A model generated the notes under the pieces. The model did no database searches, was not told the DNA's origin, and saw only the letters and a list, made by a program, of their open reading frames with translations. Shown here one piece after another: positions 63,146-64,000 of a DNA stretch of 64,000 nt. This stretch comes from an uncultured Bacillota bacterium. Lineage in GTDB: Bacteria; Bacillota_I; Bacilli_A; RF39; UBA660. Numbering within the stretch: position 1 is the first letter of the stretch; every line of letters begins with the position of its first letter. The stretch is taken from positions 1,677-65,676 of the forward strand of contig CAMOVA010000001.1 in assembly GCA_946626905.1 (NCBI GenBank). Direction: 5' to 3'. The translations under genes were made by a program, and so were the position numbers.

Positions 63146-64000
63146 TTAACACCTCTTTTCATCAATTTGATGGAAACAAATGTAGAAATAGGAATTGTCA
63201 TAATAATACCAATACTGCCTATTAAAAACCTTGATAATTCTAGCGTAAAATTTGTTGATATGTAATTATATATTGAAAACCCATTACGAATTGCTAAAAC
63301 AAAAATAGGAAGTCCTGCACATAGATAAGTAAAAAACAATACATTACTCATAGTACTCATTATATCTTTACCAATTTCCTTAGAAGATTTATTTAGTTTT
63401 TTTACAGATATATTTTTATCCTTATCAACAAGTTCTGATATAGAAGATGACATAGTAATAGCTACATCCATAATAGCTCCTACAGTTCCAATTAATAACT
63501 CAGGTAATATAACATCTTCAAGAGGAACTGTTAAAAACGATATTTCATTAAAATTTATTCCTTTATAATTAGTAATTTTAACAACAGTTAACAATAATAT
63601 CATCATTACAAATGTAGATATAATAACGGATATAATCGCAGATAAAGTTTTTTTATTTATACCACTTGCTAACGAAAGAGATAGAATACCAAAAGCAATC
63701 ATCTCAATCACAGTTATAAATAATAAATTTATTCCTTTAAAATATAAATATAATCCTATATAAAAAATAATCAAATTTAAAACAACACTAATTATAGATA
63801 ATAGACCCTTAAAAGATCCTACTATATAAATGGAATTTACAAATATTACAATTAATAGTGCAACATAGAAATCTCTTTTTAATTCAATATCATTACCACT
63901 TAAAATTACTTTGTCACCTACTCTATATTTATCAGTTATAACAGATGAATAAGTTTCTTCATATAATAATGACTTTTTTTTATTTTTATTTTTTCCATTT
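63142..64000 (-). CDS. polytopic membrane protein (possibly YibE/F-like); N-terminus lies beyond the window end
   Basis: The reading frame stays open upstream of the TTG called by the ORF track (..NGKNKNKKKSLLYEETYSSVITDKYRVGDKVILSGNDIELKRDFYVALLIVIFVNSIYIVGSFKGLLSIISVVLNLIIFYIG...), so the gene is 5'-truncated by the window. Confidence 0.45.
   Translation of the reverse strand, partial: NGKNKNKKKSLLYEETYSSVITDKYRVGDKVILSGNDIELKRDFYVALLIVIFVNSIYIVGSFKGLLSIISVVLNLIIFYIGLYLYFKGINLLFITVIEMIAFGILSLSLASGINKKTLSAIISVIISTFVMMILLLTVVKITNYKGINFNEISFLTVPLEDVILPELLIGTVGAIMDVAITMSSSISELVDKDKNISVKKLNKSSKEIGKDIMSTMSNVLFFTYLCAGLPIFVLAIRNGFSIYNYISTNFTLELSRFLIGSIGIIMTIPISTFVSIKLMKRGVK

Overview
64-kb window from a very AT-rich, apparently spore-forming low-GC Firmicute chromosome; sigG/ylmC, an Rnf complex and Cheo-type LexA boxes are present, and most genes are on the minus strand. 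No rRNA, tRNA, CRISPR, transposase or prophage genes were seen.

Core content:
- MacB-type ABC ATPase plus FtsX-like permease (cut by the window start)
- GT4 glycosyltransferase, ylmC, sigG, a GH25 lysozyme lipoprotein, rubrerythrin
- heterodimeric ABC exporter
- lexA with a divergent LexA-controlled micro-ORF
- queH, a DagK-family lipid kinase, and an rnf operon (rnfC, rnfD-G fusion, rnfE, rnfA, a Cys-rich micro-ORF, and a minimal rnfB)
- eno, murD, femAB-family, tuf, fusA, rpsG, rpsL
- [insertion, described below]
- rpoC, rpoB, ybxB-like methyltransferase, rplL, rplJ (with L10 leader), rplA, rplK
- uvrC, yigZ, and an M23/LysM peptidase

Accessory region of about 11 kb (43.7-54.8 kb):
- cadherin-like surface protein
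- GH73-like glucosaminidase carrying a type-I dockerin
- possible thioester-domain adhesin with an NPKTS-type sorting signal
- pseudopilin-like protein, NrtR-like Nudix regulator, Hpt-REC fusion
- a transmembrane protein with 33-aa Cys repeats, and a lipoprotein

Then come an Smr protein, an ABC-2 exporter, a Ham1/RdgB-like protein, and a preQ1-I riboswitch upstream of a YhhQ-type queuosine-precursor transporter.

The most unusual element sits between rpoC and rpsL. It is a roughly 580-nt ORF-free block (27672-28250) that is GC-enriched and hairpin-dense, with its own consensus promoter. It lies immediately upstream of a small 4-TM DxxxD protein and a large membrane-anchored protein. This is an OLE/OapA-like large ncRNA plus membrane protein unit, or a novel analogue of one.
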